Shown here piece by piece: positions 47,601-61,300 of a DNA stretch of 64,000 nucleotides. Under the pieces are notes generated by a model, which searched no databases, was not told the origin of the DNA, and saw only the letters and a program-made list of their open reading frames with translations. The DNA is from Haplodiscus bocki (Eukaryota): contig OZ296659.1 in the NCBI GenBank assembly GCA_965655095.1, forward strand, positions 22,506,001 through 22,570,000, given 5' to 3'. Position 1 is the stretch's first letter. Each line of letters begins with the position of its first letter. The position numbers were made by a program, and so were the translations under genes.

Positions 47601-50600
47601 CAATACGATGCCATTATGAGCAGCAATATTTCCACGGAAGCTGCGAAGTCATCCAAAACATGATCTCCGTCAACGTCTGCAAATTTTACTTCTTGAATTG
47701 CTTCGATGAATCTTTCAACAAATCCAAATCTTTTCAACTTGATTTTACCAGAGGTCGTTCACCTATGTTTTTTCGCAGTCAGCAGTGCGTTTTTTCTCTC
47801 CCAATTTGTGCATGTTTTCCGTTTTGATGGCTTGAAGTTGTCAACTATGATTTTTTGCTACTGACTTGCATTGTTTCGCGTATTGGATGAGTGTTCGGTC
47901 AGAATATATGGAACAAGCAGCTCTTTTTCATGTTACTGTATAGTCGGAACTAGTCTCGATGTTTTTTCTGCTGAATTCGAGTCCTGTGAAAACTCAATTC
48001 TACAAATGCCGTTTTTATTTGCGCCGTAAGCCGGGCGCTTTTTTTCACGCCTTCCAGTGCCAAATTGAACCAAATAGTTTTAAAACTAGAGCGAACGCAA
48101 AGTTTTCAGTTCATTGATGCTTTATTTGAAAGTGTTGTGTGACAGATAGAGCTCAAGATCCTACTATGAATAGCTGCGGAAACTCAATTTGAATACCAAG
48201 AAAAATCTTGATGAATAAAAGTTGAAGATGTTTGTTTCCACCTTTGGGCAAATTTTGGAGTTTTTCAAAAAATGAGACTTTGTAATGTTTCGAGACAGAC
48301 ATCAGTTGAGCGAATAATAATTCCAAAGGTTTCATCCAACCAAAAAATACGTCACTCGCGCTTGAAACTTTTATCATCACGTTTCAAGTACAACTATTGT
48401 TCGAGATTCCAATTGATTTTGTGAGAGCCCCATCTTGATTTTTCAACTTGAGTGTTGTGCATACGTTTGATGTTAGCTGAACAATGTTGAGAACAAGCAT
48501 GGTTTAATTCCAATCTTTTATCCGACTTATCATATCAGGGTTTTCTAGGAGAGTGTGGCATAAATGCTTGATAAAAAAAATTATCACAAGTTCTCGCTGG
48601 TTCATATTTTGGTTCGTTGCCAATTTTATCCCACAGAACGGAAACCCTCAAAATGACAATCAATTGGCATTTTAATGCCAGTGATTTTAATGAGCCTCAA
48701 TCAATTGGACTATCGGATACCTTTTGTAGGTTTAAGCACTTATGCCTTAGTATCTACTTAGTTTCAAGGTGACGAAATGATCTCCGAGTAAAAGCAAGGA
48801 ACAGTGCTTCAAACTCAGTACAACCTATCAGATAACTGGCATGAAAGATTTTTCACGGCCAGAGTGTTGGACTTTGGATCCGTGATGTTTTGAAATCTCT
48901 GCTCATGTTAAATTCGCCCAGTTAAAACACCCGCAGACCTGAGTCTTGAGTTCTTGAAAGATACATTCACTGTCTGCAGTGAAAAACTCCAAATATTCAG
49001 GCTTCATTTTACCCACAAAGATCAAGCTGAAATTTGATTTTTTTTCATAGAGTTCAGTCTGATGTACAAAAAAAAGTATTAGAAATTGCACGAAAATGTT
49101 ATTCGGCAGAGGGTTCGTGAGCGACAGAGGTTCAGTGATTTTCTAACGGCCATTAAACTTTTGTTGCTCCAAAGTGCTGCCATCGATACTATGCCATTCC
49201 GATCAGCAATTTTTCCACAGAAGCTGTGAAGTCATCCAAAAGTTGATCTCCCTCAATGTCTGCAAAATTAACTTCTTGAAAAATTTCGATGAATATTTCA
49301 ACAATTCCAAATCTTTCAATCTTTGATTTTAGCAGAGGTCGTTCACCTATGTTTTTCGCAGTCACCATTGCGTTTTTTTGCTCCCAATTTGTGCATGTTT
49401 TCCGTTTTGATGGCTTGAAGTTGTCAACTATGATTTTTTGCTACTGACTTGCATTGTTTTGCGTAATGGATGAGCGTTCGGTCAGAATATATGGAACAAG
49501 CAGCTCTTTTTCATGTTACTGTATAGTCGGAACTAGTCTCGATGTTTTTTCTGCTGAATTCGAGTCCTGTGAAAACTCAATTCTACAAATGCCGTTTTTA
49601 TTTGCGCCGTAAGCCGGGCGCTTTTTTTCACGCCTTCCAGTGCCAAATTGAACCAAATAGTTTTAAAACTAGAGCGAACGCAAAGTTTTCAGTTCATTGA
49701 TGCTTTATTTGAAAGTGTTGTGTGACAGATAGAGCTCAAGATCCTACTATGAATAGCTGCGGAAACTCAATTTGAATACCAAGAAAAATCTTGATGAATA
49801 AAAGTTGAAGATGTTTGTTTCCACCTTTGGGCAAATTTTGGAGTTTTTCAAAAAATGAGACTTTGTAATGTTTCGAGACAGACATCAGTTGAGCGAATAA
49901 TAATTCCAAAGGTTTCATCCAACCAAAAAATACGTCACTCGCGCTTGAAACTTTTATCATCACGTTTCAAGTACAACTATTGTTCGAGATTCCAATTGAT
50001 TTTGTGAGAGCCCCATCTTGATTTTTCAACTTGAGTGTTGTGCATACGTTTGATGTTAGCTGAACAATGTTGAGAACAAGCATGGTTTAATTCCAATCTT
50101 TTATCCGACTTATCATATCAGGGTTTTCTAGGAGAGTGTGGCATAAATGCTTGATAAAAAAAATTATCACAAGTTCTCGCTGGTTCATATTTTGGTTCGT
50201 TGCCAATTTTATCCCACAGAACGGAAACCCTCAAAATGACAATCAATTGGCATTTTAATGCCAGTGATTTTAATGAGCCTCAATCAATTGGACTATCGGA
50301 TACCTTTTGTAGGTTTAAGCACTTATGCCTTAGTATCTACTTAGTTTCAAGGTGACGAAATGATCTCCGAGTAAAAGCAAGGAACAGTGCTTCAAACTCA
50401 GTACAACCTATCAGATAACTGGCATGAAAGATTTTTCACGGCCAGAGTGTTGGACTTTGGATCCGTGATGTTTTGAAATCTCTGCTCATGTTAAATTCGC
50501 CCAGTTAAAACACCCGCAGACCTGAGTCTTGAGTTCTTGAAAGATACATTCACTGTCTGCAGTGAAAAACTCCAAATATTCAGGCTTCATTTTACCCACA

Positions 50601-53600
50601 AAGATCAAGCTGAAATTTGATTTTTTTTCATAGAGTTCAGTCTGATGTACAAAAAAAAGTATTAGAAATTGCACGAAAATGTTATTCGGCAGAGGGTTCG
50701 TGAGCGACAGAGGTTCAGTGATTTTCTAACGGCCATTAAACTTTTGTTGCTCCAAAGTGCTGCCATCGATACTATGCCATTCCGATCAGCAATTTTTCCA
50801 CAGAAGCTGTGAAGTCATCCAAAAGTTGATCTCCCTCAATGTCTGCAAAATTAACTTCTTGAAAAATTTCGATGAATATTTCAACAATTCCAAATCTTTC
50901 AATCTTTGATTTTAGCAGAGGTCGTTCACCTATGTTTTTCGCAGTCACCATTGCGTTTTTTTGCTCCCAATTTGTGCATGTTTTCCGTTTTGATGGCTTG
51001 AAGTTGTCAACTATGATTTTTTGCTACTGACTTGCATTGTTTTGCGTAATGGATGAGCGTTCGGTCAGAATATATGGAACAAGCAGCTCTTTTTCATGTT
51101 ACTGTATGGTCGGAACTAGTCTCGATGCTTTCTCCGCTGAATTCGAGTCTTGTGAAAACCCGATTCTACCAAGTGCCGTTATTGTTTCCGCCGTAAACCA
51201 GAAGCTTTTTTCACGCCTTCCCTTGCCAATGTGAACCAAATAGTTTTAAAACTAAAACGAACGCTGAGTATTCAGTTCACTGAGACTATAGTTAAAAGTG
51301 CTATCAGATAGATAGAGCTCAGGACCCTACTTTGAGTAGCTACGGAAATTCAATTTCAATACCAGAAAAATTAGGATGAATAAAAGTTGAAGATGTTTGT
51401 TTCCACCTTTGGGTGAAGTTTGGAGTTTTTCAATAGCTGAAACGTTGTAGTGTTTGCAGACAGACATCAGTTGAGCGAATAATAATTCCAAAGGTTTCAC
51501 CCAAACAAAAAATACGTCACTGGCTCGAAAATGTTATCCCCACGTTTCAAGTACATTTATTGCTCGAGATTCCACCTGTGTTTTTGTGAAAGTCCTTTCT
51601 TGAATTTTCATTTCGAGTTTTGTGCATACGCTTTGATGCTAGCTGAGCAAGGTTGAGAACAAACATGGTTCTTTCCCAATCCTCAATTCCACTCAAAATG
51701 AGAGTGTTCTCTAAGAGGGTGTCGCATATAAGCCTGATAAAAAAATTTATCACAAGCACTCGCTGGTTCAAACTTTGGTTCGTTGCCAAATTAACCTCAC
51801 ATAACGGAAGCCCTCAAAATGGCAATTAATTCGCATTTAAAATCCAGTGATTTTAATGAGCCTCAATCAGATGGACTAACGGATACATTTTGTAAGTTTA
51901 AGCACTTATGCTTTACTATCCACGTAGCTTCAAGGCTACGAAATCATTTCGGAGTAAAAGCAAGGAAAAGTTCTTCAAACTCAGTATAATCTATCAGATA
52001 TCTGGAATAAGAAAAATTTTCATGGCCAGAATGTTGATTTTTGACTCCGTGATGTCTTGAAGTCTTTTCTCCTATTATTTTTGCCCGGTTGAAAAACCCG
52101 CAGACCTGAATCGGGAGCTACTGAAAGATACATTCATTGTTCGCATTGAAAAACTCCAACTGTTCAGGTTTCATTTTACCCACAAAGACCAAACTGAAAT
52201 TTGGTTTGATTCCAATGGGTTCAATCTGATGTACAATGAAAAAAAGTTTTAGAATTTGCACGAAAATTTTCTTCGACAGAGGATTCGTGAGCGACAAAGG
52301 TTTAGTGAATTTTTGAAAGCCAATGAATTTTGGTTGCTCAAGAGTGCTGCAATCAATACTAAGCCATTCTGATCAGCAATATATCTACAGAAGCTGCGAA
52401 GTCATCCAAAAGTTGATCTCCCTCAAGGTCTGCAAAAGATACTTCTTGAAAAGCTTCGATGAATATTTCAACAACTCCAAATCTTTCAATCTTTGATTTT
52501 AGCTGAGGTCGTTCACCTATGTTTTTCGCAGTCAGCATTGCATTTGTTTGCTCTCAATTTGTGCATGTTTCCCGTTTCGATGGCTTGAAGTTGTCAACTT
52601 TGATCTTTTCCTACTGACTCAGCATTGTTCCGCGTATTGGATGAGTGTTCGGTCAGAAGATATGGAACAAGCAGCTCTTTTTCATGTTACTGTATAGTCG
52701 AAACTAGTATCGATGCTTTCTCCGCTATTTCTCCGTTATTGTTTCCGCCGTAAACCAGACGCTTTTTTCACGCCTTCCATTGCCAATATGAACCAAATAG
52801 TTTGAAAACTAAAACGAACGCTGAGTATTCATTTCATTGAGACTATAGTTGAAAGTGCTGTCAGATAGATAGAGCTCAGGACCCTACTTTGAGTAGCTAC
52901 GGAAATTCAATTTCAATACCAGAAAAAATAGGATGAATAAAAGTTGAAGATGTTTGTTTCCACCTTTGGGCGAAGTTTGGAGTTTTTCAATAGCTGAAAC
53001 GTTGTAATGTTTGCAGACAGACTTCAGTTGAGCGAATAATAATTCCAAAGGTTTCACCCAACCAAAAAATACGTCACTCGCGCTTGAAACTTTTATCCCC
53101 ACGTTTCAAGTACATTTTTTGCTCGAGATTCCACCTGTGTTTTTGTGAAAGTCCTTTCTTGAATTTTCAACTCGAGTTTTGTGCATACGCTTTGATGCTA
53201 GCTGGGCAAGGTTGAGAACAAACATGATTCTTTCCCAATCCCCATTCCGACTCAAATTGAGAGTGTTTTCTAAGAAGGTGTGGCACATATGCCTGTTGAA
53301 AAAATTTATCACAATCACTCGCTGGTTCAAACTTTGGTTCGTTGCCAAATTAACCTCACAAAACGGAAACCCCCAAAATGGCAACTAATTCGCATTTAAA
53401 ATCCAGTGATTTTAATGAGCCTCAATCAGATGGACTAATGGATACATTTTGTAGGTTTAAGCACTTAAGCCTTATTATCTACGTAGCTTCAAGGCTACGA
53501 AATCATTTCGGAGTAAAAGCAAGGAAAAGTTCTTCAAACTCAGTATAATCTATCAGATAGCTGGAATGAGAAAATTTTTCATGGCCAGAATGTTGATTTT

Positions 53601-56600
53601 TGACTCCGTGATGTCTTGAAGTCTTTGCTCATATTATTTTTGCCCGGTTGAAAAACCCGCAGACCTGAATCGGGAGCTACTGAAAGATACATTCATTGTT
53701 TGCATTGAAAAACTCCAACTGTTCAGGTTTCATTTTACCCACAAAGATCAAGCTGAAATTTGGTTTAATTTCAATGGGTTCATTCTGATGTACAATGAAA
53801 AAAAGTATTAGAAATTGCACGAAAAAATTCTTCGACAGAGGGTCCGTGAGCGACAAAGGTTTAGTCATTTTTTGAGAGCCATTGAATTTTTGGTTACTCA
53901 AGAGTGCTGCGATCAATACGATGCCATTATGATCAGCACTATATCCACAGAAGCTGCGGAGTCATCCAAAAGTTGATCTCCCTCAAGGTCTGCAAAAGAT
54001 ACTTCTTGAAAAGCTTCGATGAATATTTCAACAACTCCAAATCTTTCAATCTCTGGTTTTAGCTGAGGTCGTTCACTTTTGTTTTTCGAAGTCAGCATTG
54101 CATTTTTTTGCTCTCAATTTCTGCATGTTTCCCGTTTTGATGGCTTGAAGTTGTCAACTATGATCTTTTGCTACTGACTCAGCATTGTTCCGTGTATTGG
54201 ATGAGTGTTCGGTCAGAAGATATGGAACAAGCAGCTCTTTTTCATGTTACTGTATAGTCGAAACTAGTATTGATGCTTTCTCCGCTATTTCTCCGTTATT
54301 GTTTCCGCCGTAAACCAGACGCTTTTTTCACGCCTTCCATTGCCAATATGAACCAAATAGTTTTAAAACTAAAATGAACGCTGAGTATTAATTTCTTTGA
54401 GACTATAGTTGAAAGTGCTGTCAGATAGATAGAGCTCAGGACCCTACTTTGAGTAGCTACGGAAATTCAATTTCAATACCAGAAAAATTAGGATGATAAA
54501 AAGTTTAAGATGTTTGTTTCCACTTTTGGGCGAAGTTTGGAGTTTTTCAATAGCTGAAACCTTGTAATGTTTGCAGACAGACATCAGTTGAGTGAATAAT
54601 AATTCCAAAGGTTTCACCCAAACAAAAAATACGTCACTCGCGCTTGAAACTTTTATCCCCACGTTTCAAGTACATTTATTGTTCGAGATTCCACCTGTGT
54701 TTTTGTGAAGGTCCTTTCTTAAATTTCAACTCAATTTTTGTGCATACGCTTTGATGCTAGCTGAGCAAGGTTGAGAACAAACATGGTTCTTTCCTAATCC
54801 TCAATCCGACTCAAACTGAGAGTGTTTTCCAAGAGGGTGTCGCATACAAGCCTGATAAAAAACTTTATCACAAGCACTCGCTGGTTCAAACTTTGGTTCG
54901 TTGCCAAAATAATCTCACAAAACGGAAACCCTCAAAATGGCAATTAATTCGCATTTAAAAACCAGTGATTTTAATGAGCCTCAATCAGATGGACTAACGG
55001 ATACTTTTTGTAGGTTTAAGCACTTAAGCCTTACTATCCACGTAGCTTCAAGGCTACGAAATCATTTCGGAGTAAAAGCAAGGAAAAGTTCTTCAAACTC
55101 AGTATAATCTATCAGATAGCTGGAATGAGAAAATTTTTCATGGCCAGAATGTTGATTTTTGACTCCGTGATGTCTTGAAGTCTTTGCTCATATTATTTTT
55201 GCCCGGTTGAAAAACCCGCAGACCTGAATCGGGAGCTACTGAAAGATACATTCATTGTTTGCATTGAAAAACTCCAACTGTTCAGGTTTCATTTTACCCA
55301 CAAAGATCAAGCTGAAATTTGTTTTAATTTCAATGGGTTCAATCTGATGTACAATGAAAAAAAAATTAGAATTTGCACGAAAATTTTCTTCGACATAGGG
55401 TTCGTGAGCGACAAAGGTTTAGTGATTTTTTGAAAGCCTTTGAATTTTTGGTTGCTCAAGAGTGCTGCAATCAATACTAAGCCATTCTGATCAGCAATAT
55501 ATCCACAGAAGCTGCGAAGTCATCCAAAAGTTGATCTCCCTCAAGGTCTGCAAAAGATACTTCTTGAAAAGCTTCGATGAATATTTCAACAACTCCAAAT
55601 CTTTCAATCTTTGATTTTAGCTGAGGTCGTTCACTTATGTTTTTCGCAGTCAGCATTGCAATTTTTTGCTCTCAATTTCTGCATGTTTCCCGTTTTGATG
55701 GCTTGAAGTTGTCAACTATGATTTTTTGCTACTGACTTGCATTGTTCCGCGTATTGGATGAGTGTTCGGTCAGAATATATGGAACAAGCAGCTCTTTTTC
55801 ATGTTACTGTATAGTCGGAACTAGTCTCGATGTTTTTTCTGCTGAATTCGAGTCCTGTGAAAACTCAATTCTACAAATGCCGTTTTTATTTGCGCCGTAA
55901 GCCGGGCGCTTTTTTTCACGCCTTCCAGTGCCAAATTGAACCAAATAGTTTTAAAACTAGAGCGAACGCAAAGTCTTTAGTTCATTGATGCTTTATTTGA
56001 AAGTGTTGTGTGACAGATAGAGCTCAGGATCCTACTATGAATAGCTGCGGAAACTCAATTTGAATACCAAGAAAAATCTTGATGAATAAAAGTTGAAGAT
56101 GTTTGTTTCCACATTTGGGCGAATTTTGGAGTTTTTCAGTAACTGAAACTTTGTAATGTTTCGAGACAGACATCAGTTGAGCGAATAAAAATTCCAAAGG
56201 TTTCATTCAACCAAAAAATACGTCACTCGCGCTTGAAACTTTCATCCCCACGTTTCAAGTACAAATATTGCTCGAGATTCCACCTGTGTTTTTGTGAAAG
56301 TCCTTTCTTGAATTTTCAAATCGAGTTTTGTGCATACGCTTTGATGCTAGCTGAGCAAGGTTGAGAACAAACATGGTTCTTTCCCAATCCTCAATCCGAC
56401 TCAAAATGAGAGTGTTTTCTAAGAGGGTGTGGCATATATGCCTGATAAAAAAATCATCACAAGCACTCTCTGGTTCAAACTTTGGTTCGTTGCCAAATTA
56501 ACCTCACAAAACGGAAGCCCTCAAAATGGCAATTAATTCGCATTTAAAATCCAGTGATTTTAATGAGCCTCAATCAGATGGACTAACGGATACATTTTGT

Positions 56601-58555
56601 AAGTTTAAGCACTTAAGCCTTATTATCTACGTAGCTTCAAGGCTACGAAATCATTTCGGAGTAAAAGCAAGGAAAAGTTCTTCAAACTCAGTATAATCTA
56701 TCAGATAGCTGGAATGAGAAAATTTTTCATGGCCAGAATGTTGATTTTTGACTCCGTGATGTCTTGAAGTCTTTGCTCATATTATTTTTGCCCGGTTGAA
56801 AAACCCGCAGACCTGAATCGGGAGCTACTGAAAGATACATTCCTTGTTTGCATTGAAAAACTCCAACTGTTCAGGTTTCATTTTACCCACAAAGATCAAG
56901 CTGAAATTTGGTTTAATTTCAATGGGTTCAATCTGATGTACAATGAAAAAAAAATTAGAATTTGCACGAAAATTTTCTTCGACAGAGGGTTCGTGAGCGA
57001 CAAAGGTTTAGTGATTTTTTGAAAGCCTTTGAATTTTTGGTTGCTCAAGAGTGCTGCAATCAATACTAAGCCATTCTGATCAGCAATATATCCACAGAAG
57101 CTGCGAAGTCATCCAAAAGTTGATCTCCCTCAAGGTCTGCAAAAGATACTTCTTGAAAAGCTTCGATGAATATTTCAACAACTCCAAATCTTTCAATCTT
57201 TGATTTTAGCTGAGGTCGTTCACTTATGTCTTTCGCAGTCAGCATTGCATTTTTTTGCTCTCAATTTCTGCATGTTTCCCGTTTTGATGGCTTGAAGTTG
57301 TCAACTATGATTTTTTGCTACTGACTTGCACTGTTTCGCGTATTGGATGAGTGTTCGGTCAGAATATATGGAACAAGCAGCTCTTTTTCATGTTACTGTA
57401 TAGTCGGAACTAGTCTCGATGTTTTTTCTGCTGAATTCGAGTCCTGTGAAAACTCAATTCTACAAATGCCGTTTTTATTTGCGCCGTAAGCCGGGCGATT
57501 TTTTTCACGCCTTCCAGTGCCAAATTGAACCAAATAGTTTTAAAACTAGAGCGAACGCAAAGTCTTTAGTTCATTGATGCTTTATTTGAAAGTGTTGTGT
57601 GACAGATAGAGCTCAGGATCCTACTATGAATAGCTGCGGAAACTCAATTTGAATACCAAGAAAAATCTTGATGAATAAAAGTTGAAGATGTTTGTTTCCA
57701 CATTTGGGCGAATTTTGGAGTTTTTTAGTAACTGAAACTTTGTAATGTTTCGAGACAGACATCAGTTGAGCGAATAATAAATCCAAAGGTTTCATTCAAC
57801 CAAAAAATACGTCACTCGCGCTTGAAACTTTCATCCCCACGTTTCAAGTACAATTATTGCTCGAGATTCCACCTGTGTTTTTGTGAAAGTCCTTTCTTGA
57901 ATTTTCAAATCGAGTTTTATGCATACGCTTTGATGCTAGCTGAGCAAGGTTGAGAACAAACATGGTTCTTTCCCAATCCTCAATCCGACTCAAAATGAGA
58001 GTGTTTTCTAAGAGGGTGTGGCATATATGCCTGATAAAAAAATCATCACAAGCACTCTCTGGTTGAAACTTTGGTTCGTTGCCAAATTAACCTCACAAAA
58101 CGGAAACCCTCAAAATGGCATTTAATTGGCATTTAGTATCCAGTGTTTTTATTGAGCCTCAATCAGATGGACTAACGGATACATTTTGTAGGTTTAAGCA
58201 TTTATGCCTTACTATCTACTTAGCTTCGGGGCGACGAAATCATCTAGGAGTAAAAGCAAGGAACAGTTCTTCAAACTCAATCTAACCTATCAGATAGCTG
58301 GAATAAGAAAATTTTTCATGGCCAGAGTGTTGATTTTTGACTCTGTGATGTCTTGAAGTCTTTGCTCATATTAATTTGGCCCGTTCGAAAAACCCGCAGA
58401 CATGAATCGGGAGCTGTTGAAAGATACATTCATTGTCTGCAGTGAAAAACTCCAAGTATTCAGGCTGTATTTTACCCACAAAGATCAAGCTGAATTTTGG
58501 TTTTCTTTTCAAAGGGTTGAATCTGATGTACAATGTAAAAATGTATTAGAATTTG
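44700..58555. repeat. ~1.56-1.59-kb macrosatellite array, ~1.3 units in one orientation then ~7.5 units inverted (switch ~46712)
   Basis: Landmark gatagagctca recurs near 48145, 49728, 51310, 52868, 54428, 56017, 57606; ORF-track offsets 1583, 1560, 1589. Confidence 0.95.
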
Positions 58556-59108
58556 CTCTATTATGAATTTAGGAAGAGAAAAAAAGTTGTCTGGCTGCCT
58601 TACAGCGAATATTTTTTCTTGTAGTACTGAGGTACTACAAAGACGTTGGCAAACCGGAAATAAGCTATGTTTGATGATTTCTTGCGAAGGGTTGCTCATT
58701 CTTTTCTCTAAGGTGAAATTGTTGAGAGGTTGGCGGACAGCGTTGCAAACTTTAGGTTTCGGGTTGTACTCGCTGCCTTGCCCAAAGTTGGCATCGCCCT
58801 TTGTTATGCTCTGAAGTAAACTACCGTTTGAAAATTTGAGGAGCTTCTCAGTTTGGATAGCATTGCGTACTTCAACCCCTTTACAGAGTCAGGGAGCGTC
58901 CCTTTCTTTGGTATTGGAAGGCAGAAAGCAAACGAGAAGGTCCAGGGTGTTAAATGTTCCAAGTGAGGCTGGCACTTTTTCTGGTTGAGGCATCCATACA
59001 ATTATTTGATGCATAATGTCAAACTAAAGCGTTTCAAATGCAGCCGGGTTTTTCAAGGTTTCTGGTTTATGGATTAACTGTGTCAAGTCTTTCTCATCAA
59101 TTAATCAA

Positions 59109-61300
59109 GTGAGTTTCATCAATTAATCCTCTGTTGAAAATGAAACATGAACTTGTTTTTGTGGCAACGGTTTTGAATACTACTTTCACGCCCCTAAATT
59201 TTTGTAAACGCGAAGTTTGCAAAAAGCCGCTGATTGGACTTTGATTGTTCAAAACTGCCGCTGGAAATTATCGCTTTCCATAGAACTTTTCTGTCAAGGT
59301 TTCTTTTTTTAAAAGGTGATTGCAAACTTTTTCTACACCGCTTGCCACTTTTATGGTACTTTGCTGTGAATATTTTGACATGAATACAATGAGAAACTGC
59401 CGAAAAAATCAAGTCCCTAAGAAAAGTTAAAAAAGACATGAATAGGATATCGAATTCTGCTTTTTTAAAAGCAAACATTAGTTCCTATATTTCACCCTTC
59501 GGTGAATGTAAATTTTTGGGAGAACAGAGTTTTGAACAAGAGTTGGTTGAGACAGAATTTCATTTTGCTGTCTGAAAATTTGTTTTCGAGCTCGAACTTG
59601 TTTGAAATCAAAATTTCAATCGATAACGGATGTCTACACCCACCGTTTTTGATGTCCTCTCCATGAACAAAACTACATCCTGAACGATTCAGCAGATTGA
59701 ATTGAACCCTTCCTTGTTTTGCAACTGGTAGTTGAAGTGCTGAACATTTCTTCGAAAAATAATAAACCATTAAGGAAATTCTTGTCATTGCTGCTCGGGC
59801 TCGATCGAGAATGCAATATCTCACTTCAGTTATGTTTGGACGTTTGAATTTGGAAAGTTTGATGTCAAGTTCTCGAAACCATAACTTTTTTCCAGAAAGA
59901 CTTCTTGTTTAGGCTGAGTTCTAATATACGTCCTTTTCTCCCAATATGGTTGTTGGACTCACCCAATATTTTACCTTAAATCATTAGTTGCGTTCGGAAG
60001 ACGACAAACATTTCTGCTGCAAAATGCATTAGGTGCGCAATCTCGAGAAGAAGTTTGAGATTAAATTAGTTTGAGACTAAAATCAGTGTTTCATATCCTT
60101 TTTCTGAGATCGCCCGACTTATACAACGAAAGTTTGATTCAAGTCACTTTGCGTTTTTTGATGTGACCTTGCAAAAATGATTTTTTTTCACTTTTTTGCG
60201 CTTCGGAGTTGATGAACTTGTGCAGAATGATCTTCCAATATGGTTTTATGTGCTCATTTAAACTTTTAAATTAATTTTTCACGTAAAGTGTGAGCTATAG
60301 AACAACCTTTTCATGTGAAATTGCAAAAAATGCCTTTCAGACCAGTTTGTGTTTCCGTTTTTTCAATAGAAAACTTTTCCTTGTTATACATACACTTGTC
60401 GGCCTTTTGGAAAGCTGTACATTAGAAATTTAATCTTTTTCGGACATCTAGAAACACCTTCACCGTTGATATTTTTGTCGAAGCGTGCCATTTTCGGAAG
60501 GTAATCTGTTTTTATGAAACATGAGGCCAACGGTCAATTGTTTTTGCCAATTGGTTTTGGGGTTTTTTGGTAGCTGTACACTTTGTACGTACTTGCTTAA
60601 TTCAGGCTGAAGGTGTAAAATAACTTTTTTGAAATGGTTGATGAAAAGTACGGCTTTTTTAGACAGATTTTTTGTTTTCTCTAATATTGTAGTAACGTTT
60701 AAAGGCCTCCAAAAGGTTTCTGGGCTTGCACAAGGCTATCGAATAGTTTGGTACAACTCAGGGGTTCAAAGCCACACTTTGTCATTGATTTTGCAAAGAC
60801 ACGGCTTTTTCATAACATGTCTTGGTTTTTTGTAATGCGATACTGCAGCTTAGTTGTTCGTAAGTATAGTTTTAGGCTCGTTAAGTCTAATGCATGATAT
60901 ATTTAGTTGAATAAATTAACTGCCTTTGATCGCGCTTGTCGATTTGAATCGGAAAAAACCATTGAACAAATATTCCAGAGAATATTGAACAACTGTCAAA
61001 TCTACGTAGAAAATTTTCATTGTCAAGGAATTTTGACAGTTTGTTTACTCAATGTGTACTTAGTCAAAAAATTTCATTTTCAGTTGAATTTGTGCTTTGA
61101 ACTTTTCGACTTGGAAACTTTTAGATTTGAGAGTTGAAAATTGCATTTAGCTGTCGAATCTAATTTGGGTTCGCTTCTGTGGTCTCACTTGTCATTAGGG
61201 TGTCAGTGAAGTTTCCTTCGTCGAAATACTGCAAAACTTTCTTGATTGTGCAAAAGCAGCAAACGAGCCAAAATATCACTAACCCCCCATACAATACTAC
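59109..61300 (-). repeat. Right terminal inverted repeat (~2.19 kb)
   Basis: Reverse complement of the left TIR; homology ends at ...acaatactac. Confidence 0.95.

Larger units (their letters stand above)
41246..61300. mobile_element. ~20-kb non-autonomous foldback (long-TIR) element with 8-bp TSD tgctaaa(c/g)
   Basis: 41246-43437 is the reverse complement of 59109-61300; further inverted homology ~44167-44700 vs ~58555-59095; flanks tgctaaac (41238-41245) and tgctaaag (61301-61308). Confidence 0.85.

Noticed and set aside
44700-58555. Tandem gene family or transposase in the 1.58-kb units
   Set aside because: Only short ORFs, with stops varying between units; no DDE or other motif recognised.
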